Shown here piece by piece: positions 40,741 to 54,100 of a DNA stretch of 64,000 bases. This DNA comes from Eledone cirrhosa (lineage: Eukaryota). A program made the translations under genes and the position numbers. Each line of letters opens with the position of its first letter. Position 1 is the first letter of the stretch. Under the pieces are notes generated by a model. It ran no database searches and had not been told where the DNA came from. It saw nothing but the letters and a program-made list of their open reading frames with translations. Location of the stretch: NCBI GenBank assembly GCA_964016885.1, contig OZ024741.1:334304001-334368000 (forward strand). Direction: 5' to 3'.

Positions 40741-40944
40741 GCTTTGGCTTATACTGTATATTTAATTAAAAACATTAAGAAGACCATTCGCTATGAGTTT
40801 TAAAGTAGTGACTATGTGACTTACTTATTCTCAGCAAAAACAACAGAGAGTGGCCGACAGACAGTATGTTTCTCGCTTGTGAGCATTTATCAAGACCACA
40901 CACTCAGTTGCCTTTGCCAAGAATTATAAAGGCTGGATTCTTAT

Positions 40945-41075
40945 ACCACTTCCTCTTTGTACTGGTCTCTATTGAGACCTTGGTATCCTTGGTCCCAGTA
41001 CTGCTGATTTCCTCTATAAGTTAGGAAAGCCCACTTGAGGAAGAAGCCCCATGAGGTGGGTTGGCTGTTGAAGTG
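40945..41075. repeat. Dispersed repeat, second copy at 45722-45861
   Basis: Shared CACTTCCTCTTTGTACTGGTCTC…CTGCTGATTTCCTCT…GCCCCATGAGGTGGGTTGGCTGTTGAAGTGG. Confidence 0.75.
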
Positions 41076-41351
41076 GGTGTCTCTGGCCATTCTCCACAGT
41101 AACACTTTTGCCATTCTGTAAATAGGGTACAGCTGAAACACTGCTCAGATGGGTGTGGGTCTGTCCCTTGCTCTCTCTCTCTTTCTTTCATTGCATAATT
41201 CTTTTTTCTTTCTCTTCTTTTCATTTCCTTTTTGTTCCCTTTAATAGTGTTTTGTTTTTGTATAAACAGCTTTGCAAAATAAAATATTATACTATCCTTG
41301 TTAAACATATATTTTATATAACTACACAAATACTTGATAAAGAAAAACATT

Positions 41352-41512
41352 GGATTGGCAGTATCGGTAGATGCTTTGCAACATAGAGTTATAGCCCTTG
41401 CCATTTTGAGTTCAAATCAAAGGTTAACTTTGCCTTCCATCCTTACGGGTCGATCAAATAAAGTACCAGTAATGCACTAGGTTAATTGCTGGGCTTGTGC
41501 CAAAAGTAAAAA
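41352..41512 (+). mobile_element. SINE family A copy
   Basis: GGATTGGCAGTATCGGTAGA…GAGTTCAAATC…GTACCAGTAATGCAC. Confidence 0.8.
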
Positions 41513-42277
41513 CTATTATTAAATAAACATACTTGGATCACTAAAGACATGGTTTTACCCGTGACTATGGTAAATGACATTTGTCCAATATATCACACAA
41601 TGGGATTTAACCCAGGATTTTATGATTGTGAAGCCAACTTTTTAACTATTCAGTAATGCTGCATTCATAATTATATAGTTAAGTTATGAAATAATCATTG
41701 TTTCAAACAGATAGCAAAAAAAATGGATTCTCAGGAAATAACTCAGTGACAATGAAGTAGCAGAGAATATTAATAAATACTTTGATAAAATTATAGGATT
41801 GTTATCAAAATATATAGTTTCTTTGAAATATATTTTTGATTGATTTGATGTGCATGTTTTTTTTAATTTCATTCGTAAGAGAAAAACAATATGGCAACTT
41901 GTTTCAGAAGCATCATAGAAATAGTAATAATGATAATAATAACAACATCAAAGGAATGCAAATTTAAACACTGTTTTTTTCATTTCTTTCTGATTAATAG
42001 AAGTATAGTTGAAATATTTTTAGGTATAAAACTAAGTATGCATACGTATACACATATATACATACACACACACACACATATACATATATATATATATATA
42101 TATATAAATTAATAAAAACAAAGAAACAGTTCGTTATATTAAAAATTCATCATTTTACGATCATTTCTAGGAGATATATGTGTGTGTTGGTATGTATATC
42201 ATATAGATCTATGTAAACATTTTACAAACTATCAGAGGAAATATACATACCTACACATATATATGCTGTCTTCATAA

Positions 42278-42666
42278 ATAATTGTTTCTACTTTAGGCAC
42301 AAGGCCAGCAAATACCCAGTGCATTACTGGTACTTTATTTTATCGACCCCGTAAGGATGAAAGGCAAAGTCAACCTCGGCGGGATTTGAACTCAGATCGT
42401 AAAGGGACGTAACTATGCTGGAAAGCATGGCGTCCGACCCTCTACCGATACTGCCAATCCACCGCTGTCTTCAGAAATAATTGTTTCTACTTTAGGCACA
42501 AGACCAGCAATTATCCAGTGCATTACTGGTACTTTATTTTATCGACCCCGTAAGGATGAAAGGCAAAGTCAACCTCGGCGGGATTTGAACTCAGATCGTA
42601 AAGGGACGTAACTATGCTGGAAAGCATGGCGTCCGACCCTCTACCAATACTGCCAATCCACCGCCC
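42278..42666 (-). mobile_element. Tandem pair of near-identical SINE family A copies (199-bp period)
   Basis: Each copy is preceded by GCTGTCTTCA(T/G)AAATAAT. The pair sits inside the left pLTR. Confidence 0.92.
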
Positions 42667-43406
42667 TTCTCACAAAAGAAATAATGGTATTTGTTTATTG
42701 AAAAAAACCAACAAAGATTTAATATAATAGGTCTGTTTGGGAACAGGTTTTGAATTGACCAATAGAAAAGTAGTAAGTGGTCAAGTTGATAGAATAGTAG
42801 TAGTAGAAATTTAATTTAGGGGTAGAGGAATGCAAACTTAAGTTTTTAATGTAAAGAATACTTTGAATGAAAGGATTACTTTGGGGATGAAAAGAGGTCA
42901 AGCTGGTGAAAGGTACACGAAAATTTGATGTTATTAAAGAATAATGGTAATGTTAAAATCGAAGGAGAATAAAATTTTAGGGTAAATGTGTTAGTGAGAA
43001 ATATCAATCTTATTTAAAACACAAGGAATTTAGATCTATAACAAGAAATTAAATTAATTTAATTGATAGGTATACTTATAGGGATAAATTTATATTTATT
43101 CATATAGATGTGATAAATAAGAGTTAGATGTTATTAAAGAATGTTGTTAAAAACAAATGAAAAATTTTTTTGGCATAAATGTATTAGTGAGAAATAACAA
43201 ACTTATATAAACTACAAGGAATTTAGATTCATAACAGGAAATTAAAATAGTTTATATGTATACGTATAGGTATTAATTTTAGGAAAACAGAGCTGTAAAA
43301 GGGAAATAAAATTATGAAGTTCTCAGTAGTAAAATACTAATTATAGGTTAACTAAATTAAAATAACTAATTATAATAATTTGTAAAGTATAAGTGTAAGG
43401 TGTATA

Positions 43407-44200
43407 TTAATTAGGTTTATAATATTTGAAAGTTCTTCTAATTCTATGATTGCCCGATATAATTAATTCTTGTCGCTTATTTAATAGGATATCCTTAGAC
43501 TTCATTATTTCAAAAAGTTCCTGGGAACATAATCTACACTCATATCTGCTATTTTGATAAGGGGTGGCCCTTTTGAGCACACTCCAGGTCAGGTTATAAT
43601 CGATATTGTTTTTTCTATAATTATTAATTATTTCAGCCAAGGATGTTGTATTAGCTAATGCGGCATTTTTAAAACTATGTTTGTGGGTATTAAATCTTAC
43701 TTTAAATTGGTTAGAAGTAGCTCCTATATAAGAATAAGTTGAGTCCTTAGTGCTAATCTTAGATTTATATACTATGTTATTAATAAGACAATTTCCTTTT
43801 AATGGGCAATTTCCTTTGTTTCTACAGTTACAACCATTCGTGAATATTATATCAGAGGAGTTAGTCAAATTTGGTGTGGAATTTACTCGACTTACTATAT
43901 GTGAAGGAGATGGTGGTTTGTTGCAGTTTATTTTAGTATTATGGTTATTTTGATGTGTTGGTGGTATATTCATGTTTTTTTTTACATTTATATGTATTGT
44001 AGACACTTATATTTTGTTGTATATTTTTGGTAGGGGAGTAGGAAAATTTGATCGTTGATCTATTTAAAATTTGATGGTATTTATGGTTTGGCGAGAAGTT
44101 TTTCTCTAGGATAGTAAAAAATTATTTAGGGATATTATCTTTAATTTGTAGATTAAATGGAGCATTATACCAAGTAACTCGTCTATTACGGTTTCGATGT
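43407..44200 (-). pseudogene. PLE linker and GIY-YIG endonuclease remnant
   Basis: 199-aa ORF with IVY…YIG, the conserved R/H/E/N residues and a Cys-rich linker. The upstream part has a stop and a frameshift. Confidence 0.88.
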
Positions 44201-44260
44201 TGTTTTTTATATTTATACGATGTATCAGGATGTCTATTAAGAGAGTCAATAAACAAATCT

Positions 44261-44388
44261 CATCATTTCTGAAGACAGCATATATATGTGTAGGTATGTA
44301 TATTTCTTCTGATAGTTTGTAAAATTTTTACATATGATATACATACCAACACACACATATATATCCTAGAAACGATCGTAAAATGATG
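44261..44388 (+). ncRNA. Hammerhead ribozyme motif with a greatly extended stem II
   Basis: CATCATTT-CTGAAGA-[about 93-nt hairpin]-GAAA-CGATCG-TA^AAATGATG. Stem I is a perfect 8 bp and stem III is the palindrome ACGATCGT. Confidence 0.78.
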
Positions 44389-44575
44389 AATTTTTTAATA
44401 TAAGGAACTGTTTCTTTGTTTTTATTCATTGTTTTTATTACTTTATTTTGACTCTGTTTTCCTGTGATTTTCATCTAAAAAAATTTTTGAATACATCTTC
44501 TCTTTTCATGATATTTGGATTACATTGAGTTCTTCATACGGATTGGACATGACCGTATATTTTGGTAGATTTATC

Positions 44576-44633
<58 letters not shown>

Positions 44634-45497
44634 TACACACACACATATACATATGTATGTATGGATTATATCGAACATTAATAATAATATGTTCTATTCA
44701 TTTGTAAACAAACGAGCCCAATTAGAAGCTGTGTCATGTCGGTGACTGGTCATTACCTGTTTGTTCAACACTGGCTTTGAGGAACAATCACCATATTTCT
44801 TGGTCATTACCCTTCATCAAGACTGTATGCCTCTTTGCCAATGTGTTAAACAGTTGAAAATATAGACTATTTTCTTAAGTACACATCGACTGAGTAGCTT
44901 CATTTGCATACCAAGTGCGTGTCAGCTGTGCTAGAGTGAGAAATAACATTCTTATTTTTTTTTAGTTATATTTATTATAAATGAAAATTTATATTTCAAA
45001 CTATAAAAAAAACTTTATAGATTTCTAAAATAATCTTTCCTATATGATTGAGTGTCACAAACGATAGAGTGGTGGAGTAAAGGATTTACTGTAGTAGACA
45101 CAAGTATGGGGGAGGTGGGTGCAAAAGGTTTATTTCATAACTACAGGGTTTTAGAGTTAGATCTGGTCGCATTGTGTGGCATCTTGGGGAAGAGTGTTTC
45201 ACCAGAGTTATGTTTGAGTGGAGTTTATGATGCCATATGTCATTTATACATACTTGCTAAATGTTTGTGTAATTACTTCCTAGAAATATATTATTGAAAT
45301 ATCATTCTTATCTTTGTCAGTAATCAACATGAACTGTAGGATTTCACTCATGCAAGTCATTAATTTGTCAAAACATTAATGTCCTAGTTTGTATGATTGT
45401 TAATATGTATGACAATCTTGGTATATATAGCATACCAATGCTGGACTCCAAGAATTAAATACATTCCATGATGTTGTCTCCACTATTAATGGCACTG

Positions 45498-45678
45498 GAT
45501 TGGCAGTATCGGTAGAGAGTCGGACGCCATGCTTTGACACATAGAGTTATGGCCCTTTCCATTCTGAGTTTAAATCCCACCGAGGTTAACTTTGCTTTTC
45601 ATCCATATGGGGTCGAGAAAATAAAGTACCAGTAATGCACTGGGTAATTGCTGGCCTTGTGCCAAAAGTAGAAACAAT
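45498..45678 (+). mobile_element. SINE family A with a 14-bp TSD
   Basis: TATTAATGGCACTG is duplicated at 45484-45497 and 45679-45692. Confidence 0.9.
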
Positions 45679-46959
45679 TATTAATGGCACTGACCCACTT
45701 AAATACCAGAGCCTGACTGAACACTTCCTCTTTGTACTGGTCTCCATTGAGACCTTGATATCCTTGGTGGTCCCAGCACTGCTGATTTCCTCTGTAAATT
45801 TGGAAAGACAGTGGCCCACTTGAAGAAAAAGCCCCATGAGGTGGGTTGGCTGTTGAAGTGGATGCCATATGTTAAATTACTGTCTTAGTAATGAAATAAT
45901 AACTTTAATAAATTTCTCAAAATTCTTCATTAATTAATTGAAATAGAGTTAGTGTATTTCATTAGAGATACAGTCACATAAAGCTTAATGACATAAGAGG
46001 TGTTGGGAAAATGGAGGGGAAAATGGAGGGTTTCCTAAAGTTAATGTTTCATTCTTTGATGAACAAAGGTGAGGGTCACTCAACCTTCTAGGACTCTCCT
46101 ACTATAAAGAAAGGATACACTGGATCATGTAGTTCTAAATATACATACATTTAAAAACATGGTACTGAAATAACTGGAATTCTTTTGTTGTTTAACCCCA
46201 GACTGACCTGAAGCTAAATGACCATGGCTGGTTTAACTATGAAGCAAAATAAGCATATGCTTAGAACATGAAGAGAAGAGGGCAGGGATGGAGTTTCACC
46301 TGTTGAGACCCTAAGATATATCTATATATTACTAAAAGTCTGTGATTGCTTGCTTGCTTGCTTGCTTGTCTGTAATGTAATACCACCAAAAGGGCACATA
46401 ACAGGAAAATACTTTGAAAGGAAGTTGGCCCTGAAATGGGAATACAAATGGTAAAAAAAACAAGTTTTGCATCATTCGAAGCACAGGTTCCCAGGATATG
46501 GGGTTTTCTGGGTACCTTCATAAACAGAGAGAGAGAGAGTGAAGGATAGAGAGAAAGAGATAATGGCTGTGAGAGAGTAGTAGAAAGAGAGACATAGAGA
46601 GAGGGAGAGGAGACAGAGAAGGAGAATGGAAGAGAGAGAACTGGTGGTGTTGTTATGTATATTATATATATATATGTGTGTGTCTATGACCAGTGTATAT
46701 AGATCACAGACACCCACATACATATATACACACACATATATATATATACAAACACACATTTATATATATACACACACGTATATATATGGACCTTCCAGTT
46801 TCATTTCACATTATATACATGTCTGTGTATATTTTAATTATTTAAAAATTATTTTTAAGTGAACATGATTTTTTTAAAATATTTTGAAGTGAACGTGACC
46901 TAAGGGATCACGGGTGGTCTAGTGATTTCTAAAATAACTAAGACATATGTCATGATGAT

Positions 46960-47290
46960 GCCCCTACTACTCCATCAGGAGTTATGGATCCATATATATC
47001 ATTAGATTAGGGGTCCCATCAGCAGCTATGGGTCCAGACATATATATAATTAGATTAGAGACTCCATCAGGAATTATGGGTCCACACATATCATTAGATT
47101 AGGGACTCTATTAGCAGTTATGGGTCCAAATATGTATATCATTAGATTAGGGACCCCATCAGGAGTTATTAGTCATACATAAATATCACTAGATTAGGGA
47201 GTCCATCAGAAGTTATGGGTACATATACACATATTAGATTAGGGTCATGATGGTGCCCCTACAACTCTATTAAAAGTTATGGGTCCATAC
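46960..47290. repeat. About 45-bp degenerate minisatellite
   Basis: Repeats of ATTAGATTAGGGACTCCATCAGGAGTTATGGGTCC plus a short TA-rich spacer. Confidence 0.8.
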
Positions 47291-47539
47291 ATATGAGGGT
47301 TGGCTGAAAAGATCATAGGATATTGTCATGTAATGATATTGTCATGTAATGACCAAATGAGGTTTATTTTTCAACATAGTTCCTGGAAAGAAACAATGCA
47401 GTTATCAATAAGGGGAGCTGAAATTAATGCATGTTTTATAACAGCTGAACAAATGTGTCATTTCTTTATGTTGTTGTTGTGGTTTGATTGTTCTGTAAGA
47501 TATAAACTGTTTTTAAGTTATTTGTTTCAACATTTTTAG

Positions 47540-47699
47540 AAATTCTTCGATGATATGTTTATAATATATGATGGGTCAAGAATACAAAGTTCATTTAAAT
47601 CTGAAGTCCTTGGAAATTATAATGAAATGTCATCTTCCTGTAATCATGGTGGACATGATTACATTGAAACTGATGTTAATCACTATGAAGAACTACTTG
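47540..47699 (+). CDS. PCDH: Protocadherin cytoplasmic exon (predicted)
   Basis: Acceptor CATTTTTAG|AAA is phase 0, matching the 17491 donor. Reads KFFDDMF…ETDVNHYEELL and ends at the phase-1 donor G|GTAAGC. Confidence 0.75.
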
Positions 47700-49252
47700 G
47701 TAAGCTGTCTTCTTCTTCTTCTTCTTCTTCTTCTTCTTCTTCTTCTTCTTCTTCTTCTCCCCCTCCTCCTCCTCCTCCTCCCCCTCCTCCTCCTACACAA
47801 GGCTATAGTAGAAGACACTTGGCTTAATTGTCAGGCAGTGGGATCAAACTCAAAACTTCATATTTGTGAATCAAACTTCTTAACTACACATCGAAGCTTT
47901 AAAGACAGAATTTTTTAGAATTAAAATAAAATCTATTTTGATTCAGAATTTATTCCAAAACCAAATAATACTCAGATTGTAATTATATATTTCATATCTT
48001 GGGAATAGTTCTGTGTTATCTCTTTCCTGATGTTAGAATAATTTGAAGGATTCACATGAGACCTTCAAGCAAATGTTGTCGGTGGTCATGCTGCTGCCAT
48101 TTTCCATATCCTTATAAAGACTTTTTTCTTATATGTAGAATGTGAAACAAAGTTTGTTTTCTTGCCCTAGGATTCAAGGAAATATGTTAGAATAATTTAA
48201 TGGATTTCAAAAATATAAATATTTACATGAGGTTTCTCAACAAATATTTGGGCAATACAGCCAATCGCTTTATCTTCGTTTCTCATCTACAGAGACTTAA
48301 ACAAAGTTTGTTTTCTTGTCCTAAGTTTCAATGAAATATTGGTAAAAATGTTGAGCCTGAATGTAAAATTTCAATAACCTAAAGGTCAGATATTCAACAA
48401 AAATCACACTACTTTTGACATGGAAATAATCGTTAAAGATGTGATAGGAATCAGAAGTGTGAAGCTGCCACTATAACATTCTGTAAATCAGTAAAAATTA
48501 AATTTATAAAAGTATGGGAAGTACTTTGTTACCAAAGTCAGTCATCTATAAGTGAATAACTTTAATTCCAAATAAAATAAATAGTGTCAGTTTAGTCATT
48601 TAAATATAAATACATACATAAAAAACCTTTATTTATTTTCTATTTCCTATCTTTTCATCCCATGCTGATCTCTGTGACTTGACTAAGTTTGTGAAATACC
48701 AAACTTTTATCTGTGTTCAACCAACAACTAAAATTCAACCATGAGTACAAACTAATTCCAATGAGATTAACCTTTTTATTACTATATTTCTCATGAAAAT
48801 AACCAACAATTGGGACATATTTAGTAATATAACTAACTTTCTCATCATTATGTTGGTGTTTGAAACATAACTTAACAAAGTTTCTTACATAAAATTCTGA
48901 TAAAAGTTTTATTAGATATATGTGTATCTGGTTTAGAATAGGTACACCATGTCCTTGCATGTTGTAAGAAGCAGCAAAAAGGATTACTGATAAGTGGGAC
49001 ATCCAGCTGTAAAATATTGCCTCAAAAGGTCCAATCAAACCCATGCCAGCATGAAAAAAATAAAACAACTTATGGAATTTTTGTTATTTTTTTCCATGAT
49101 TGTGATGATGAGAATTTTAAAATAAGCCGCTTAATATTGTTGAACCAAGAGTGGTTTCAGGCAGTTTTAAGAAGATTAAATTAATGAACACCTATTGTAT
49201 TCATATTTCTTCATAGTGACATTTATTGTTTTTAGTTATTTTTGTTTTTCAG

Positions 49253-49467
49253 ATCTCTATGCTTTTCCTATCAAACAACAAACCCGAAATACATCTTTCA
49301 AACCAGAAGATCAAAATCTTAAATACCAGGAAACAAATGACAGCATGGCAAATAGTAGCGGTATTAATTTATCTTCTTCAAAACTAACACCTCATTCAAT
49401 GTTTTGCTCTAAGCCTCTACCTGAAATACCAGAGAAGATGTTTCCATCAACTTCTTATAGAGTGTGA
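49253..49467 (+). CDS. PCDH: Protocadherin terminal exon (predicted)
   Basis: Strong acceptor TTTTTGTTTTTCAG|AT, phase 1. Reads (D)LYAFPIK…CSKPLPEIP…YRV*. AATAAA signals follow near 49587-49670. Confidence 0.75.
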
Positions 49468-49841
49468 CCAATATAAAGATACAATTTGACACATCTTTCT
49501 TTTTTTTTTTTGTTGGAGGAGAAGAAATATATCTGAGAGACATTTCAACGAAGTAAACATATGTTATTTATTTACAAAAAAAAATTAATAAAAAATGAGA
49601 TGAGATGTAACAAAACAAAATGAATAAATAAATAAAAATAAAGACTAAAAAGCAAGATATAAAATAAAATAAAGTGTGAATATGGTAGATATAATTTTGA
49701 TCAGTTGTCATTCTTAGGTTCACAATGCCCACATGGTCCTTAGTTGATAGATTTAATTTTGATTTATTGTTTAATTTAACAATGCTACTTGGTCCTTTGA
49801 TGGGAGACTAAACCTATTACTTAGTTTAATAATACTACATG

Positions 49842-50110
49842 ATTTAGGCACAAGACCAACAATTTGGGGGAGGGGAAAGTTGATTAAATCAACCTCAGTG
49901 CATTACTGGTACTTTATTTTATCGACCCCATAGGGATAAAAGGCAAAGCTAACCTCAGCAGGAATTGAATTCAGAACATAAAGGGTCATTATGTTCTGAG
50001 TTCAAATCCCATCGAGGTTAGCTTTACATTTCATTCTTACAGAGTTGATAAAATAAAATACCAGTAATGCAGTGAGGTCAATGTAATTAACTTTGCTCTC
50101 CCAACAAATT
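49842..50110. mobile_element. Head-to-head inverted pair of 5'-truncated SINE A copies
   Basis: A minus copy ending …CAGAACATAA and a plus copy starting TTATGTTCTGAG… are separated by 7 nt. Confidence 0.8.
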
Positions 50111-50709
50111 ATTTTTAATAATAATAAACGTTTTCAGAGCCTACAACTCTCTTTCAGGGTCTCTTTGACTAATAGGAAGAAGGGAAAAAGTTATCTTCAA
50201 GCTAGAAACCGGACTTGAATGTTTTCATCAACAGATTCAGCCACTATTAGTCAGTTTATTCTGTTTATTAGTTAGAGTATAACCACAAATCTGAAGAAAT
50301 GTGATAGTCTACATTCATTTCATCATCATCATTTCATTTTACGTCCGCTTTTCCCTGCTTGCAAGGGTGGCACGGGAACTGATTCTGGCTTAATTTCTAC
50401 AGCTGGATGCCCTTCCTAACACCAACCTCATTTACAGTGAGTGCTGGGTGCTTTTTTGCCGTGGCACCTCCACGACCACTTTACAGTGGAATGATATGGA
50501 CCCCAGTCCCTATCATCTCATTTCTACAGCTGAGTAAACTGGAGCAATGTGAAATAAAGTGTCTTGCTCAAGGAAACAACACATCACTCGGTCTGAAAAT
50601 TGAACTCACAACCTTTCGATTGCAAGGCCAATGCTCTAACCACGAAGCCATGTGCCTCCATATTATAAACAATTATTCCATAGCAGAGTTTATACAGGAG
50701 TAAAGCCAT

Positions 50710-51110
50710 CACCTGGGTTTCTAGTGCTCTAGGCTAACTCTGCAATGTACACTTGGGTACTTAGCTCCCTAGGCTAACTCTACAATGTGTACCTGGGCAT
50801 TTAGTACCCTAGACTAACCCTATAATGTACACCTAGGTATTTATTACCTTAGGGTAGCCCTATAATGTACACCTGGGTAATTAGCTCCCTAGACTAGCTC
50901 TACAATGTGCACCTGTGTACTTAGCATGCTGGGAAAGCTCTAAAATGTGTACCTGAGTATTTAGCACACTAAGCAAGCTCTACAATGTTCACCTGGGTAT
51001 TTAGCACCCTAGGCTAGTTATACAATGTGTACCTAGGTATTTAGCACCCTAGGTTAGTTATACAATGTGTACCTAGGTATTTAGCACCCTAGGCTAGTTC
51101 TACAATGTGT
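50710..51110. repeat. 40-bp minisatellite
   Basis: About 10 copies of ACCTGGGTATTTAGCACCCTAGGCTAGCTCTACAATGTGT. Confidence 0.9.
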
Positions 51111-54100
51111 GCCCTCTTCTTCCAGATATGCAGCTCATATTCCCAAATAAAATAATTTCAACTGGTAAGCTGACTAACAAAGTTTTTGACATTTCTTGTT
51201 TTGACCACACTAAGCTTATATTTTCCACTACATAGTTCACATTCACCTATTCCAGATCATGTGATAGATCAAAACACCACACAACCCTCTACTCCACTTT
51301 AGATGTTTCTGCAATGATGCTACATGACAAAGATGTTTAGTGATTTATTTATTGATCACAGAAAATGATTATATATTTAATTTAATTCTATAAATTTGTA
51401 TAAAATTGTGTTCTTTTAAGATTCAATAATACACCTCACTAATGCCCAGTTTGCCTTCATGATAATACCATCCCTAGATAGAAATATTTAAAATTTTCAC
51501 TTGTGGTAAGGAGTAAAAATACCAAAATATTTTCTCTTCCATTTTCACTCTCAGACAAACGACACTGGTCTAAAATGTTGAATATTTATACACATCATAG
51601 CAACTCAACTTTCCTATATTTAGGAAAACGGTATTATTTAGGAAAACGGTAGAATCTACAGGAACTTCTCTTGTGATGTCTTCATTTGTAAATTGTAAGT
51701 ATACACCTCTCATTCTCAATGTTGCATCCTTGAGCAAGACACTTTATTTCACATTGCTCCAGTCCACTTTGCTGGTTATATATAAGTTGTTCCTCTTTTT
51801 CAAATGGCCTGCATTGTCACATAATGTTTTGCTGAATCTTTTTGAGATCTTCACATGAAGAGTACGTGTTTTAGTGGAATGTTCAGCCACTTGCACATTA
51901 ATTTCAGGAGCAGCAGACTGTTCTATTAATCGAATCAACTGGAACAGTCATCATTGGAGCCAACGAAGGTCCAAGACGCACAATAGAATTGATGGATTAA
52001 ACAGAAAATGTACATTTAATGAGCCTGTATTGAATGGTTCTTAACAGCTTCCTATGTGCTAATGAGATGCTAACTGGTTTTTAGTGGAATACTTCAACTG
52101 AAACTCTCCTTCATTTAAAGATATAAATCAGTATAGAAACTATAAACTATAAGAAAAAAAAAATATATTCTATCTTCTTCAAGTGGAGAGGTAAAATGAA
52201 TAAAAATAAGTAGTAGAAAATTAATTACAACCTATATATATTTCAGTAGTGTTTTAAAATTTCTTCATTGCTATCTGCCATAATATTGTATAAACATCTG
52301 ACAGAAACTCTTTATAAACTTCAATCCATTTGAAATAAATTTTTTACTTTTATAATCATCTACTTACATTAGTGACACGAGAAGAATTTTATACATTCTT
52401 CATTCAAGTATTTAAAGGGGAAAAAATATTAAAAAAAAAAGAATTTCCATTGAATATAGAATCTGCATTTGCCTCACTTCTGATCTAGTTCAGTATAAAT
52501 GTCAAAGATTAGAATATCAAGCTTATCACTCAACATTTCAAAGTGTATCTGTGTTTTATTTTAACTTCTTTCTCTTTGGCTGTTCACTAAGATACCATGC
52601 TGCTTTGTTTTAATATTTTCACTCAAAATTTTAAGATTTTGTGATAAGATTTACTTTTTATTTTTTAATGAAATTATGAACAGATAAGTAAAAGTCAGCA
52701 TTTTTCTTACAGAAAGTTAGGCTCTCCTATTGCTTTTATTAATCCTATCAATATCAAACTGTCTGAAACTGTACCTAGCTCTATGGTAGATAGAGTTTGA
52801 TCAACAAGACCTCAAGCTTCATTCTTTTACTAAGTGGGGTGGGAGTCATCAAATTGGACCAAAGGAACACTGTTTCCATTGGTCTTTCCATTGCTGATAC
52901 TATCTGCTCTCCTATTACTTTTGATAACCCTATCAATATCAAACTGTCTGAAATTGTACCTGGCTCTATGATAGATAGAGTTCAATTGACAAGATCACAG
53001 ACCTCATTCACATACCAAGTGGGTGGAACTGATCAAATCAGACCAAGTAAACAATGTTTCCATTGCTCTTTCCATTTCTGTTATCTACTGGTCGTAACTC
53101 CTGGTTCTATGAAACAAAACCATTTATTGTAATCCTTTTGATACCTACCTGGGTAAAAACAACCTTGGTTTTATGAAATAGAACCCCTCATTTTAAAAAG
53201 CATCCTGCTTAAATTAAAATGTTGGTACAAGTACCATCGTAAAATTGAAATAATAATTTTAGTAAAGTACACAATATTCCTTGTTAATTATAATGCGTTG
53301 TATTTCATTTGAAATATGGGAATGATATAATGTATATATTTATCAAAAATATCTTGCACTATAATTTTATATAAGAACTTTGTTTGAATAAGAATAGTAT
53401 TTTGATCATAGCACCTGTTTAATGATGAGAAAGTTAATTATATTACTAAAATCTTTCCAAATCCTTGATTATTTTCAAAATTGATTGAAAACTGTAGACA
53501 GTGACTTTTAATAGAAATATTCTAACAAAAAGGGGATGATATATTCAACTTAACTGTTTCTTATGAATCTCAAAGTTGTTTTTCAAATGGAAAACTTTTG
53601 TGGAATGCTCGGCCACTTGCATGTTAATTTTACAAGCAGGCTGTTCTGTAAATCGAACAACTGAAACACTCATTGTAAATAAATGAGAGAAGTCCATTCC
53701 ATTCTAGGCATAACATTTGCTGTAAAAGAAAATTAAAAGAGGTTTTACTCCAAGAAAAGTATCATATTTTAAGCATACCACATTGTTTTTATTTTAATAT
53801 TTAAAACAAAATGCTGCAAAGGATTAAGGATTAATTAAATAATTGTGAAGGAATTTTGCTAGATAGAAATGTGTACAAGCTCACCAGGAGGACTGTTGGC
53901 AGATAGAGCATTGTAAAGTAGACTTAAAACACTATTTGCTTTAACTCTTAACGTTACCAAGCCACATTAGTAAGACATTCTTAAAAAGTGTGAACCAGTA
54001 CTATAACAGAAACCTATTTCTATTTCAAGCTTATTGAGTGTGCCAAACTGTTGAAGTGTGGTACTTCCTAACTAACTCTGCAACTGTCCATTTCACCCTC

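Larger units (their letters stand above)
42111..44580 (-). mobile_element. Penelope-like element with inverted pLTRs and tail (GIY-YIG ORF remnant on the - strand)
   Basis: Inverted repeats at about 42111-42700 (split by SINEs) and about 44245-44426, tail to 44580. The minus strand encodes RVTWYNAPF…KFSYS, then CNCRNKGNCPLKGNCL..NIVYK…YIGAT…FKVRFNTH…CRLC..E…LNKR. Confidence 0.9.
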
